Source: an uncultured delta proteobacterium
Lineage (GTDB): Bacteria > Desulfobacterota > Syntrophia > Syntrophales > UBA2192
Length of the DNA stretch: 64,000 nt
Assembly (NCBI GenBank): GCA_963705165.1
Contig: CAVPJD010000007.1
Span: 1 to 64,000 of the forward strand
Direction: 5' to 3'
In this document: positions 21,136 to 30,402 of the stretch, piece after piece
Layout of the letters: the number at the start of each line of letters is the position of its first letter
Numbering within the stretch: the first letter of the stretch is position 1
Notes under the pieces: generated by a model
Databases searched by the model: none
Told to the model about the DNA's origin: nothing
The model's input: the letters and a program-made list of their open reading frames with translations, nothing else
Position numbers and translations under genes: made by a program

Positions 21136-24100
21136 ATGACATCAAATCGTTTTGAGCTCACAATTTACGTACCTACGTTTAACAGACATGAAAAGTTAAA
21201 AAACTGTCTTGATATTATTTCAAGAGAAATCAGGGGATTAGAAGATAACGTACGGGTCTTTGTATCCAATAATGGATCGTCTGATGGCACACGAGCCTAT
21301 TTAGAGTCATTGGATTATACGTGGCTGCATATCAGGCATAACGAAGAAAACGTTGGATCTACTCAGAATATTATTTCCTGTTTTAATTTACCGATCGAAA
21401 CGGAATTTGTCTGGCCTGTAGGTGACGATGATTATTTAATGCCTAATTCCTTATCCGGGATACTTTCCATCATCCATCAATATCCCGCGGCGGATTATAT
21501 TTTTTGCAATACAACGGCGTTCCCCCATCAGCAATCTACAGAAATTCTGAAAAAATATTTGTCAACAGGATCCATTGAAGGGGGGATCCCGAAAAGCCGT
21601 AAATATACCGGAACCACTCTTGTAGATTTTGAACAGCTCATTGACCCGGATATTGCCGATACGCTGTTAGGCGAGTTAATGGTCCATTGTTTCAGACAAT
21701 CAAGTATACAATTTGATATCAAGGAGTTATTGGGCCTCAATCCTGATACTGCCGATTGGGATAACCTGGATTTTGAATCTGCAGGAAGATTGACACATCC
21801 GCATACTTTGCCCTTTTTAAGCTGCTTTACTGCAAAGACAAAAGCAGTGTATTGCGACGTCCCCAGAACATTTAATTTTTGGGGTTCTGCCGGATGGTTG
21901 GTCAATTACGATCATATTTTCCCGATCGGATTATTATTTCTCATATCGCAATATAAAGAACGTGGGTTTATTTCTGACGATAAACTGATAATATTATTGA
22001 ATTATTATTATTCGATCATGCGAGGTGCCCTCACTCGACAAATTAATGGGCAAAGCACTGCGCGCCCGTTTAATACAAAAATCAAGGCGATCATGTACGA
22101 ATTTCTTTTTCAGTACATGAACAAGCAGTCCATGTCACCTCCGAAGGAGTCCGATAAGCCACTCAAGCCATTGATGGAGGCGACCCCTAAGGCGATCAAT
22201 AGTGACTCAAACACCGGGATACCCAACCCCGATGTTCCCCTCACCTCCATCATTATCCTTACCCACAAACAGCTTGAACTCACCAAGCTCTGCCTGGAAA
22301 GCATCGAGGCCCATACGCCTGAATCGCACGAGATCATCATCGTGGACAATGCGTCAACCGATGGCACCGTGGACTATCTGCGCTCGTACGAGTCGGCGCA
22401 CTCCAACGTGCATGTGATTGCCAATAAAGAGAACCTGGGCTTTGCCGGCGGTAACAATCAGGGATTGGCTCTGTCCAAGGGCGAATATGTCTTGCTGCTC
22501 AATAATGATACCGTGGTAACCGACGGGTGGCTTTCTCGCATGTTGGCTACATTTACGAATCACCCCGAAGCGGGCCTTGTGGGACCCATGTCAAACTACG
22601 TGTCCGGACCACAGTTGATCAGCGATGTTCCATACAAAACCATGGAACAAATGCATCAATTCGCAAAACAAATCGCTGAAAAGCATAGCGGGCAGACTGC
22701 CGAGTCTTTCCGTCTCGTTGGTTTTTGCCTTATGGCCCGTCGTGCTGTCGTCGATCGAATAGGGGGTCTCGACGAACGATTCGGCAGCGGCAATTTTGAA
22801 GATGATGATTTTTGCGTTCGCGCCGCCATTGCCGGCTTCAAAAGCCTGATTGCGAAGGATGTTTTCATTCATCATGTCGGCGGTCAAACCTTTCAGGCAT
22901 TGAACATCGATTACAAGCGGAGCTTGGAAAGAAACTGGGAACTCTTTAGATCGAAATGGAATATTCCTGCGGCCGTACCGTACGGTTCCGGCTATACGCT
23001 CTCATTGGCAGCGGGCGACCCGTCCAAGTATTACATCCCGTTATCTTCTGGACCCCTATCCTCCGGCATCCCGGCCGATCTGATTGCGGGCGGAAACAAT
23101 GCTTCGCCTCACCGCCCGGAGGCTGCAGAGGCCGTCAATGCCCAAGAGCCCTCCGGACAGAGGGAAAGTCAAAACAGCGGGAACCCAGGGCTATTCTCTG
23201 CGGAACCTGCAAGCATAATTCCTCCTCTGACTACGTCTGAATTCGAAAAGGGATTGATCTCGATCATTATCCCGGTCCATTCAGGCGATCTGCACGCATG
23301 CGTTTCGTCAGTAAGAAAACATACAAAAGAAGCGCATGAAGTGATCTTTATTGATCGCGGCGCTGCTCCCGGTGTGAAGAAATGGCTTACAAAAGCAGTT
23401 AAAGACAATCATCATTTTCAGCTCCTGCAATCCGACAGGGAAGCCAATCTTGTCCGATCGCTCAATGCGGGGATCAATCAATCAAAGGGCGAATACATCG
23501 TGCTTTTGTTTGATGATGTGCTTGTTGACGAAGGATGGCTCCCTGATATGCTGGGGTTCCTGCATAGCAGTGAGAATACAGGTATCGTCGGGCCGATGTC
23601 CGATACCGCCTCCGGGATGCAAAGAGCGGAAGGTTTCAATTCTACGTCAAAGGAAGAACGGAACTCGTTCCGCGAGAGGAACAGGCATAGAAGAATTCAT
23701 GTAAGATACCTGGAAGGTTTTTGCCTGCTCTTCCGGCGCAGCTTGCTCTCCAGCATTGATCTCCTGGATGAGGCCTTTGGCGCGGACAAGCATGTATTTG
23801 ACGATTTTTGCGTGAGGTCAGTGCTGGAAGGGTACCGTAACACCATTGCCGGGAACGTATTCGTGCATAACCGGGGTGGCATCCATGGGCTGATGTCCCG
23901 GGACAGGACCTTCTTCGACGAAAAATGGCGGGGGCTGGAAGCTTCAAGCTCTCTGGCCGAAAAGGTATTGACCGTAAATGCAATGGAGAAGGCCCGTTCC
24001 TTATTCAATAAAGGATCGATTGACGATGCCGTGAAAACCCTGATCGGGCGGATTGGATTCTCTCCGCATGAAAATAAGTTATACTACCTTCTTGCAGAAA

Positions 24101-25965
24101 TGCTCATTGAAGAAAAGAAATTTCAGGATGCCCTTGGCGCCCTGAAAGGGATGGCGGTCGTTGAAGGGGATGCGGAATATCATGAGGCGCTGGGATACGG
24201 TCATGAAGGATTGGGCATATACCGCGAAGCGGAAGAACATGCCGATAAGGCATTGGCCGTTAACGGCCGGTCGGCGCCGGCTCTCAACCTGAAGGGTATC
24301 CTGGCCTACAGGAAAGGCGATACGGAGAATGCCAAGGAGCTATTCCTGCAGGCCCTGGAAGCGGATCCCGGTTATGGCGAGCCCTACACGAATCTCGGCA
24401 TGCTGAAATGGCTGGCCGGAGATAAAGAAGGGGCTCTCGATCTTTTCGAAAAAGGTTTTATTCTTTCGCCGGACAAGGCTGATATCATTACATCTTATTA
24501 TGATGCGGTCCATGCCCTGGATTTGTATGGCCGGGCAGAAACTATTTTCAGTGAAGCGAGAAACGCTTATCCTGAAAATATGCGCATTCTTTTCCTGCTG
24601 ACGGACATTCTCATAAAACAGGATAAACATCACGAGGCGATGAAACTCGTCGAACGGGCCATGGTTCACCTGGGAATGGATGAGGGGATTCTTGCTGCCG
24701 CACTGGAAATCAGAAAGAAGATAGGACCGAAGATCATAAAAGAAGTTAAAATTACAAAGTCAAAAGCAGCTCCCTCTCTCTCTGTCTGCATGATCGTGAA
24801 GAATGAGGAAAAGCATTTGGCCTATTGTTTAAACAGCCTGACCCCGGTTGCCGATGAAATGATTGTTGTGGACACGGGCTCCACGGACAAAACGAAAGTA
24901 ATTGCCGAGGCTTTTGGGGCGCGGATCTTTGATTTCGAGTGGATCAATGATTTTTCGGCGGCAAGAAACTACTCCCTGTCCCAGGCTCAGGGCGATTGGA
25001 TACTGGTGATGGATGCCGATGAGGTGATCTCCGGCCAGGATTACGTGAAACTAAAAAAACTGCTCCGCAAAAAGAAAGAGATTGCCTACACTCTTGTCAC
25101 CCGGAATTACGTGCACAGGACGGCAGGCGACGGCTGGGTGTGCAACGACAACAGCTATATCTATGAACAGGCCGGCCGGGGATGGTTCCCCAGCGTCAAG
25201 GTGCGCCTTTTTCCCAACAATGAAAAAATCAGGTTTGAGCAACCCATTCATGAACTTGTGGAATATTCTCTGCAAAAGATCGGCATGGGCGCAAAAGAGT
25301 CCGGCGTCCCTGTCCACCACTATGGCGAGCTTGATGCAACGAAGGCCACTGCCAAGGACGAACAATATTACGAGCTCGGGTTGAAAAAGATGAAGGAAAG
25401 CGGCGGCGATTTCAAGTCGGTCTGGGAGCTTGCCGTTCAGGCCGGGGAACTGGGCAAACTTGAAGAGTCGATAGAGTTGTGGCACAAAGTCATCGGATTC
25501 AAGCATCGCGAGGCAGCGGCATATTTCAACCTCGCCAACCATTATCTCAACTTAGGGAGATATGAAGAGTCCCATGAATGTTCCCGAAAAGCGTACGCGC
25601 TTGATCCGCGGGATCAAAGTTCTGTTTTGAGTTTCGCCACGGCGGAATTTCTGGCTGGAGATCTCAATAAGGCCATATCGGCTCTGGAAGGTTATTTGCA
25701 GGGCAGTGATGCCCAGACATCTCATGCGGCGTTGCTGGCTGTTTCCTATTTGCTGACCGGAAAAACCGACGAGGGACTGAATCTCATTCGCCGGGGTGTA
25801 AAGAAAGGGTATAATATGGTTCACTATCTGCAGCAGCAGTCTCAATCATTACTAACGGCCGGAAATCGGACTAGAGCGATCTCCCTGCTGACCACAGCCA
25901 TCGATAGTAAATATTACACTCCACAGATGCAGGCGCTTCTTGATGAGTGCCGGGCGGATGCGTGA
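21136..25965 (+). CDS. 1609-aa multi-domain glycosyltransferase (GT2-GT2-GT2-TPR-GT2-TPR), probably flagellin glycosylation
   Basis: Four GT-A starts (IYVPTFNR; SIIILT..VDNASTD; SIIIPV; SVCMIVKNEE..VDTGSTD..MDADE) and two TPR blocks; lies next to the flagellin locus. Confidence 0.9.
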   Translation: MTSNRFELTIYVPTFNRHEKLKNCLDIISREIRGLEDNVRVFVSNNGSSDGTRAYLESLDYTWLHIRHNEENVGSTQNIISCFNLPIETEFVWPVGDDDYLMPNSLSGILSIIHQYPAADYIFCNTTAFPHQQSTEILKKYLSTGSIEGGIPKSRKYTGTTLVDFEQLIDPDIADTLLGELMVHCFRQSSIQFDIKELLGLNPDTADWDNLDFESAGRLTHPHTLPFLSCFTAKTKAVYCDVPRTFNFWGSAGWLVNYDHIFPIGLLFLISQYKERGFISDDKLIILLNYYYSIMRGALTRQINGQSTARPFNTKIKAIMYEFLFQYMNKQSMSPPKESDKPLKPLMEATPKAINSDSNTGIPNPDVPLTSIIILTHKQLELTKLCLESIEAHTPESHEIIIVDNASTDGTVDYLRSYESAHSNVHVIANKENLGFAGGNNQGLALSKGEYVLLLNNDTVVTDGWLSRMLATFTNHPEAGLVGPMSNYVSGPQLISDVPYKTMEQMHQFAKQIAEKHSGQTAESFRLVGFCLMARRAVVDRIGGLDERFGSGNFEDDDFCVRAAIAGFKSLIAKDVFIHHVGGQTFQALNIDYKRSLERNWELFRSKWNIPAAVPYGSGYTLSLAAGDPSKYYIPLSSGPLSSGIPADLIAGGNNASPHRPEAAEAVNAQEPSGQRESQNSGNPGLFSAEPASIIPPLTTSEFEKGLISIIIPVHSGDLHACVSSVRKHTKEAHEVIFIDRGAAPGVKKWLTKAVKDNHHFQLLQSDREANLVRSLNAGINQSKGEYIVLLFDDVLVDEGWLPDMLGFLHSSENTGIVGPMSDTASGMQRAEGFNSTSKEERNSFRERNRHRRIHVRYLEGFCLLFRRSLLSSIDLLDEAFGADKHVFDDFCVRSVLEGYRNTIAGNVFVHNRGGIHGLMSRDRTFFDEKWRGLEASSSLAEKVLTVNAMEKARSLFNKGSIDDAVKTLIGRIGFSPHENKLYYLLAEMLIEEKKFQDALGALKGMAVVEGDAEYHEALGYGHEGLGIYREAEEHADKALAVNGRSAPALNLKGILAYRKGDTENAKELFLQALEADPGYGEPYTNLGMLKWLAGDKEGALDLFEKGFILSPDKADIITSYYDAVHALDLYGRAETIFSEARNAYPENMRILFLLTDILIKQDKHHEAMKLVERAMVHLGMDEGILAAALEIRKKIGPKIIKEVKITKSKAAPSLSVCMIVKNEEKHLAYCLNSLTPVADEMIVVDTGSTDKTKVIAEAFGARIFDFEWINDFSAARNYSLSQAQGDWILVMDADEVISGQDYVKLKKLLRKKKEIAYTLVTRNYVHRTAGDGWVCNDNSYIYEQAGRGWFPSVKVRLFPNNEKIRFEQPIHELVEYSLQKIGMGAKESGVPVHHYGELDATKATAKDEQYYELGLKKMKESGGDFKSVWELAVQAGELGKLEESIELWHKVIGFKHREAAAYFNLANHYLNLGRYEESHECSRKAYALDPRDQSSVLSFATAEFLAGDLNKAISALEGYLQGSDAQTSHAALLAVSYLLTGKTDEGLNLIRRGVKKGYNMVHYLQQQSQSLLTAGNRTRAISLLTTAIDSKYYTPQMQALLDECRADA

Positions 25966-26077
25966 TCGCAAGGGGATCCCGTTGCCCATTTCCTTATTCT
26001 TTCATCCCGGGCTTGAATGAGCCTGCCCCGTACTTGGCGTGATGCCGGGGAATCCAAGGAATTTTCGCTGATACCGG

Positions 26078-26097
26078 ATTCCGGCTTTCGCCGGAAT
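26078..26097. terminator. Hairpin (REP-like) between the convergent GT and flaF genes
   Basis: ATTCCGGC-TTTC-GCCGGAAT. Confidence 0.55.
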
Positions 26098-26158
26098 AAT
26101 CAATGTGCCTGATTGATTCGGTTTTTCGAAAGTCTTTATTTGTTGACCCTCTTTACGC

Positions 26159-26530
26159 TTATCTTCGAAGACCTGCCGCAATATTCAGATTGATATTGAT
26201 GATGACCTTGAGCTTTTCCGGATCCGGTGAGGCCATCACCTCAAAGATGCGCTTGTCAATAAACACACTCAGGCTGAGGATATCCTCTCGAAGTTTCCTG
26301 GGAAGGGGGTTGTCTTCTTTCAGGAGTTCTCCCTGGAAGATGCTCCATATCTGCTGATTGTATCTGAGCGCCTCATCCAATAGTTCATCGCGGTCGGGTG
26401 CGTCCCAGTTATTCTGCACTTCGGCCAGTTTCTGTGCCGCCCTGGTGAGGACCAACGCCTCGATCTCACTATCGGATGAAGTGATCTTCTGAACGGTTCT
26501 ATAGGCTGCCAGTTGCTGCGCTGCGGACAT
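26159..26530 (-). CDS. flaF: Flagellar biosynthesis regulator FlaF
   Basis: AYR..EIEA.VL.RAA, EALRYNQQIWSIF..L..EDNPLP..LR..ILSL, ININ.NIAAGL. Confidence 0.93.
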   Translation of the reverse strand: MSAAQQLAAYRTVQKITSSDSEIEALVLTRAAQKLAEVQNNWDAPDRDELLDEALRYNQQIWSIFQGELLKEDNPLPRKLREDILSLSVFIDKRIFEVMASPDPEKLKVIININLNIAAGLRR

Positions 26531-26910
26531 GGTTCATGACCCCCTGTTCGTATTCGATCAAATGATTGGTCAGTTTCAGCGCCTGATAGTATCGGTCGTG
26601 CAGGATATGCTCGCTGATCTGATCGATCAGGCCGACGGTGCTCGGCGCTGCGTTCGTTACATCCTTGACCAGTATCCAGTATGTGGCCCGGTGTTCTTCG
26701 ATATTTTTTTCATCCACATACATGAGCTGGATCGCGAAATAAATCCTCCGGCAGGGCGAGTTCGCGTTCATTCAGCCCCATGATATCTTTTTCCCGGAGG
26801 ATGGGCACGCTGTTCTCGATGACGAAATCACTGCGCGCGCCTCCATTCTGGAGTACCGCTCCGCCGATGATGATCCGCTCATCCGGTTTCAGGCTTATTT
26901 TGAGCGCCAT
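26499..26910 (-). CDS. flbT: Flagellar biosynthesis repressor FlbT, one frameshift
   Basis: MALKISLKPDERIIIGGAV..NG..ILREKDIM / ANSPCRRIYFAIQLMY..YYQALK..LIEYE; removing 1 base near 26766 gives 137 codons. Confidence 0.92.
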
Positions 26911-26928
26911 GGAATCTCTCCGAAAAAT

Positions 26929-26963
26929 ATTCTGAGGGGAGGAGAAATTCCTCCCCTCAGAAT
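26929..26963 (-). terminator. Strong stem-loop after the flagellin gene
   Basis: ATTCTGAGGGGAGG ... CCTCCCCTCAGAAT, 14-bp stem. Confidence 0.75.
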
Positions 26964-26971
26964 TGCCCTGT

Positions 26972-28407
26972 TTAAGCAAACAATCTCAGAACGGACTGAG
27001 CTGCCTGGGCGGACAGACTCAGGGCGGTCGTGCCAAGGGTCTGGCGGGTTTGCAGCATCAGCATGTTCGCGCCTTCTTCGTTCATGTCGGCGAGAGTCAG
27101 CTTGTCCGAGCCTTCCGTCAAGGTATTCACCATACCTTTAACCCAATCCTGACGGGTGTTGATAATGCTCGAGCCCGGAAGAGAGAGTCGAGGACTGCGT
27201 CTTCAGTGTGGCCGTCGCGGCTGCTCAGACCGGCAATATCCACATCGACATTGGCGTTGGTTGCCCAGCTGAGAGTGGCGGTTTTCGTCCCATCCGCCTT
27301 GGCCAGCAGCGCCGCGGCGGAGGCGTCAAAGCCGTTCAGTGTAATTTTGTCACCGGCCGTAGCGCCGAATTCAACGTCCAGAGTATTGCCCGCAGCCAGG
27401 AAGTTGATGCCTTTATAGCCGGAGTCCGTGGCTACGAGATCAAGCTGATTCATGATGTCGTTAAACTGCGTGGCGTAAGAGAGTCGGTCCGCACTTGCAA
27501 TGGTAACATCCGCGTTAGTCATTGAAGTTGCCGTCGTCGTAACGCTGGCTGCGGTCAGCGTAGCGGCGCCCGTAGCCGCGGTAAGGGTGACCTGCGCCCC
27601 ACTGACAGCTGCCGTTATGGTGGTTACTGCAGCAGTAATTGCAGCTGCAAGATTCGTGGCATCTTGCCCGTTGGTACCTGCGATAGAGAACTGGTTCGAA
27701 CCAACGGCAGTCACGGTGGAGGTAGATACCGCAGTGCCACTACCAGTCTCAGAAACCGTAATGGCCGATGTCGCCCAGTTCAGATTGACTGTGGCGACGG
27801 CGGACGTGGCACCGGCGGCGACAGCCCCTGCTCCGCCGATTTTTGCCAGGAAATTGGACGCACTATCACTCATGTTAGTGGTGACCACGAACGAGGATGC
27901 CGAATCGGCACTCGATGCCGTATAGGTGGTGCTGCCGATCGTGATCGTATCTCCAAAGGTAATGGAGGTGAAATTAAGGGATTTCTGCGTCCAGTTGTCC
28001 GACGCCACGGCAGTCAGCGTCTGCCCGCCTATGCTGATGGTCTGTCCGGCGGTGACACTGGCCAGATCCACGGTAACACTTGAAATAACATTTGCGGAGC
28101 CCGCTTTTGCCGTGGAAGCAACGGCCTTGGCCTGCGCGAGCAGACCTTCAATCGCCGAGATACCGGTATTGGCGGCCTTGATGGTCTGCACCGCTTCACT
28201 CATGCCGTCCTTGTATGCCGAGAGGTCGTTGGCACGGCTGTTCAGGGCCTTTGCCGTAAAATAGTTAAGAGGATTGTCAAGAGCGGTATTGACTTTTTTG
28301 CCCGTCGACAGTCTTTCCTGCGTTCTGTTGAGAAGGTCAACGGTTCCCTGAAGACTGACGAGGTTGGACCTCATTCCTGCGGTCAATGATACGTCATTGA
28401 TAGCCAT
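26972..28407 (-). CDS. fliC: Flagellin (alphaproteobacterial-type termini), two frameshifts near the 3' end
   Basis: N-terminus LTAGMRSNLVSLQ..RLSTGKKVNTALDNP.NYF; C-terminus in another frame LTEGSDKLTLADMNEEGANMLMLQTRQ..AQSVLRLFA*; removing bases near 27210 and 27171 gives 478 codons. Confidence 0.95.
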
Positions 28408-28549
28408 GAATTGTTCTCCTTTTTCTAAGGGTTGTTGTCTGGCAATTCTTGCCAGGTTCTTTTGCCTGTTGGCCGGACATTACAAGGCGTTCGACGGGTC
28501 TTGTGAATCATTCCTCCTTTTGACCTGATTATCTCTCGCCTCAAGCTAA

Positions 28550-28577
28550 ATATCGGAATTATCCGGCAAATACTTTA
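28550..28577 (-). promoter_or_regulatory. Putative sigma28 promoter of flagellin
   Basis: Minus strand TAAA-N16-TCCGATAT. Confidence 0.75.
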
Positions 28578-28820
28578 GTCGCCGGCGGCCTTTATTTTCA
28601 AAAGCAGGCTTGCGGTCATAGGGGAAAAACCATCGAAAATCGATTGTTTGCGTCGTTCCTGCGAAGCTTGTCCCTGCGAAGGCCAAACTCCTGCTTCCGC
28701 AGGAAGGAGCTTGTCTCGATCATTGCGTAAAATAAAAAAATTCCTCGCACCAAGGTGCCAGGAATTTAGAAACTCAGGGAAGTGGCTCAGGGGAAGGCCG
28801 CTGGAATGACGGGCGGTAAC

Positions 28821-30392
28821 TTATCGCAGAAAATCAAGGATCGAGGTGCTGTTGAGCTTTGCGGCGATGGAGTAGGACGTCTTCAGCGCAATTTCTTTCA
28901 TGGACAACTTCATCGCAAGGTCCGTGACATTTGCGTCCTGCGTTTCGGAGAGAAGCGAGCTCAGGCTTTCATTGAAAGCCGTTACGTTGTTTTTCACGAT
29001 TTCGAGATGTGCCGTTTTCGTCCCGCATTCGGCCTGGTTTATGAGAATCTGCTTCTGTGCCTTCTGGAGGTCCAAAACCTGGTCGGAAAGCACCTTCGCC
29101 TGGTCAATGATGAACGTCTGTCCCTCATTAAATTGGAGGGTACTGTCGGACGAGCCACCCATGTTTCTGATGTCGATCGTCACGGCCAGCAGGCTCGCCC
29201 CGGAGGTATTGTCTACGACTTTCAGTTTTCCGTCGCTCGCGATGGATGCAGTCGCATCGCCGAACGCCGATCCGATCTTGCCGAGAAGATCCCCGACGGT
29301 GGTTGTATCGGTAATGGCCAGGGTGTCATCCGAAACAACGTTGCCGCTTGTATCCGTGCCTTCCAGGTGGACGGTGTCCGTGTTCGAATAGCCGGAGTAG
29401 CCATCTATGTCCTTGAGCAGCGTGGCTGCGGTGACGGGTGTGCTGCCTGCCGTATTGGCGATCGCATCGCTGGCCAGTGCGGCTCTCAGTGCATGGAGCG
29501 TTCTGAAGACGTCGACGCCACCCGCGCCCGCCGCGGTAAAGACCTCCGCGCCGGTGAGGCTGTACTCATCATTCGTCCCGCGATTGATCGGGATGGACAG
29601 ATTCTCGTCATTGCCCTGATAGTAGCCGGCAGCGGTGGCGTTCACATAAAAGACATCGTTTTCGCCGAAAGGATTCGTCCCTGAGACATCGTCAAATGTG
29701 AGGGTCACGCCGTCGCCCAGGCTGATGACGCCGTTGGCCGGCGTGATCAGGTCGGGGGCGGGGGCATTCGTGTTCCATGTTCTGCCGCCATCCGTTGAGA
29801 ATTTGTACGTCGCTGCGCCCAGGAGGCCGTCGGATGTGATCTTCACCGCATAGGTCTTGTTGGTGCCGCCCGTGTAGGCTCCCGATGAGACAACGGTCCC
29901 GGCAAATGTATTGCTCCCGGCCGCCTGGGGCGGATCGATCGTCGCAGCCGACGGGGCGACGGTGAAGGGCGCCACGTCTTCCCGCGTGCCGGAAAACAGG
30001 TAGCGGTCTCCCCATTTGGTATTGGCCAGGCTCCGCATGGAATCGATGATGTCCTGGATATTCGCTGCCGCGTTCTCCCGGGTTGCCGCATCGGCCCCCG
30101 CGCTTCCCAGCGCGATCCCCATGGCCGTGTTGAGCATATCGTAGGCGCTGGACAGGGTGGTTTCAGTCGCCGAGATCCAGGAACGGCTGATGTCCATATT
30201 TTGCTTGTACTGTTCAATGGCGGCTTTGCCCCGCCGGATATCGAGGATCCGGGTAGCCGCAACCGGATCGTCCGAGGCCCGGTTGACCTTTTTCTGGGTG
30301 GAAATCGCCTCCGAGATTTCGTTATACTCGGCTTGCGTATGGTTGAGGTTGTTCACCATGGTGTTGAATCTCATGCTATCGGTGATTCTCAT
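28821..30392 (-). CDS. flgL: Hook-associated protein FlgL with large insertions
   Basis: MRITDSM..ISTQKKVNRASDDP, ANTK.GDRYLFSG, flagellin-like C-terminus ending SILDFLR. Confidence 0.95.
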   Translation of the reverse strand: MRITDSMRFNTMVNNLNHTQAEYNEISEAISTQKKVNRASDDPVAATRILDIRRGKAAIEQYKQNMDISRSWISATETTLSSAYDMLNTAMGIALGSAGADAATRENAAANIQDIIDSMRSLANTKWGDRYLFSGTREDVAPFTVAPSAATIDPPQAAGSNTFAGTVVSSGAYTGGTNKTYAVKITSDGLLGAATYKFSTDGGRTWNTNAPAPDLITPANGVISLGDGVTLTFDDVSGTNPFGENDVFYVNATAAGYYQGNDENLSIPINRGTNDEYSLTGAEVFTAAGAGGVDVFRTLHALRAALASDAIANTAGSTPVTAATLLKDIDGYSGYSNTDTVHLEGTDTSGNVVSDDTLAITDTTTVGDLLGKIGSAFGDATASIASDGKLKVVDNTSGASLLAVTIDIRNMGGSSDSTLQFNEGQTFIIDQAKVLSDQVLDLQKAQKQILINQAECGTKTAHLEIVKNNVTAFNESLSSLLSETQDANVTDLAMKLSMKEIALKTSYSIAAKLNSTSILDFLR

Positions 30393-30402
30393 GGTCGCCT
30401 CC

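Noticed and set aside
26972..27215. Programmed frameshifting or phase variation in flagellin, flbT, flgD or flgE
   Set aside because: Breaks are isolated extra bases without slippery heptamers or long tracts, and similar breaks occur in unrelated enzymes; sequencing error is simpler.
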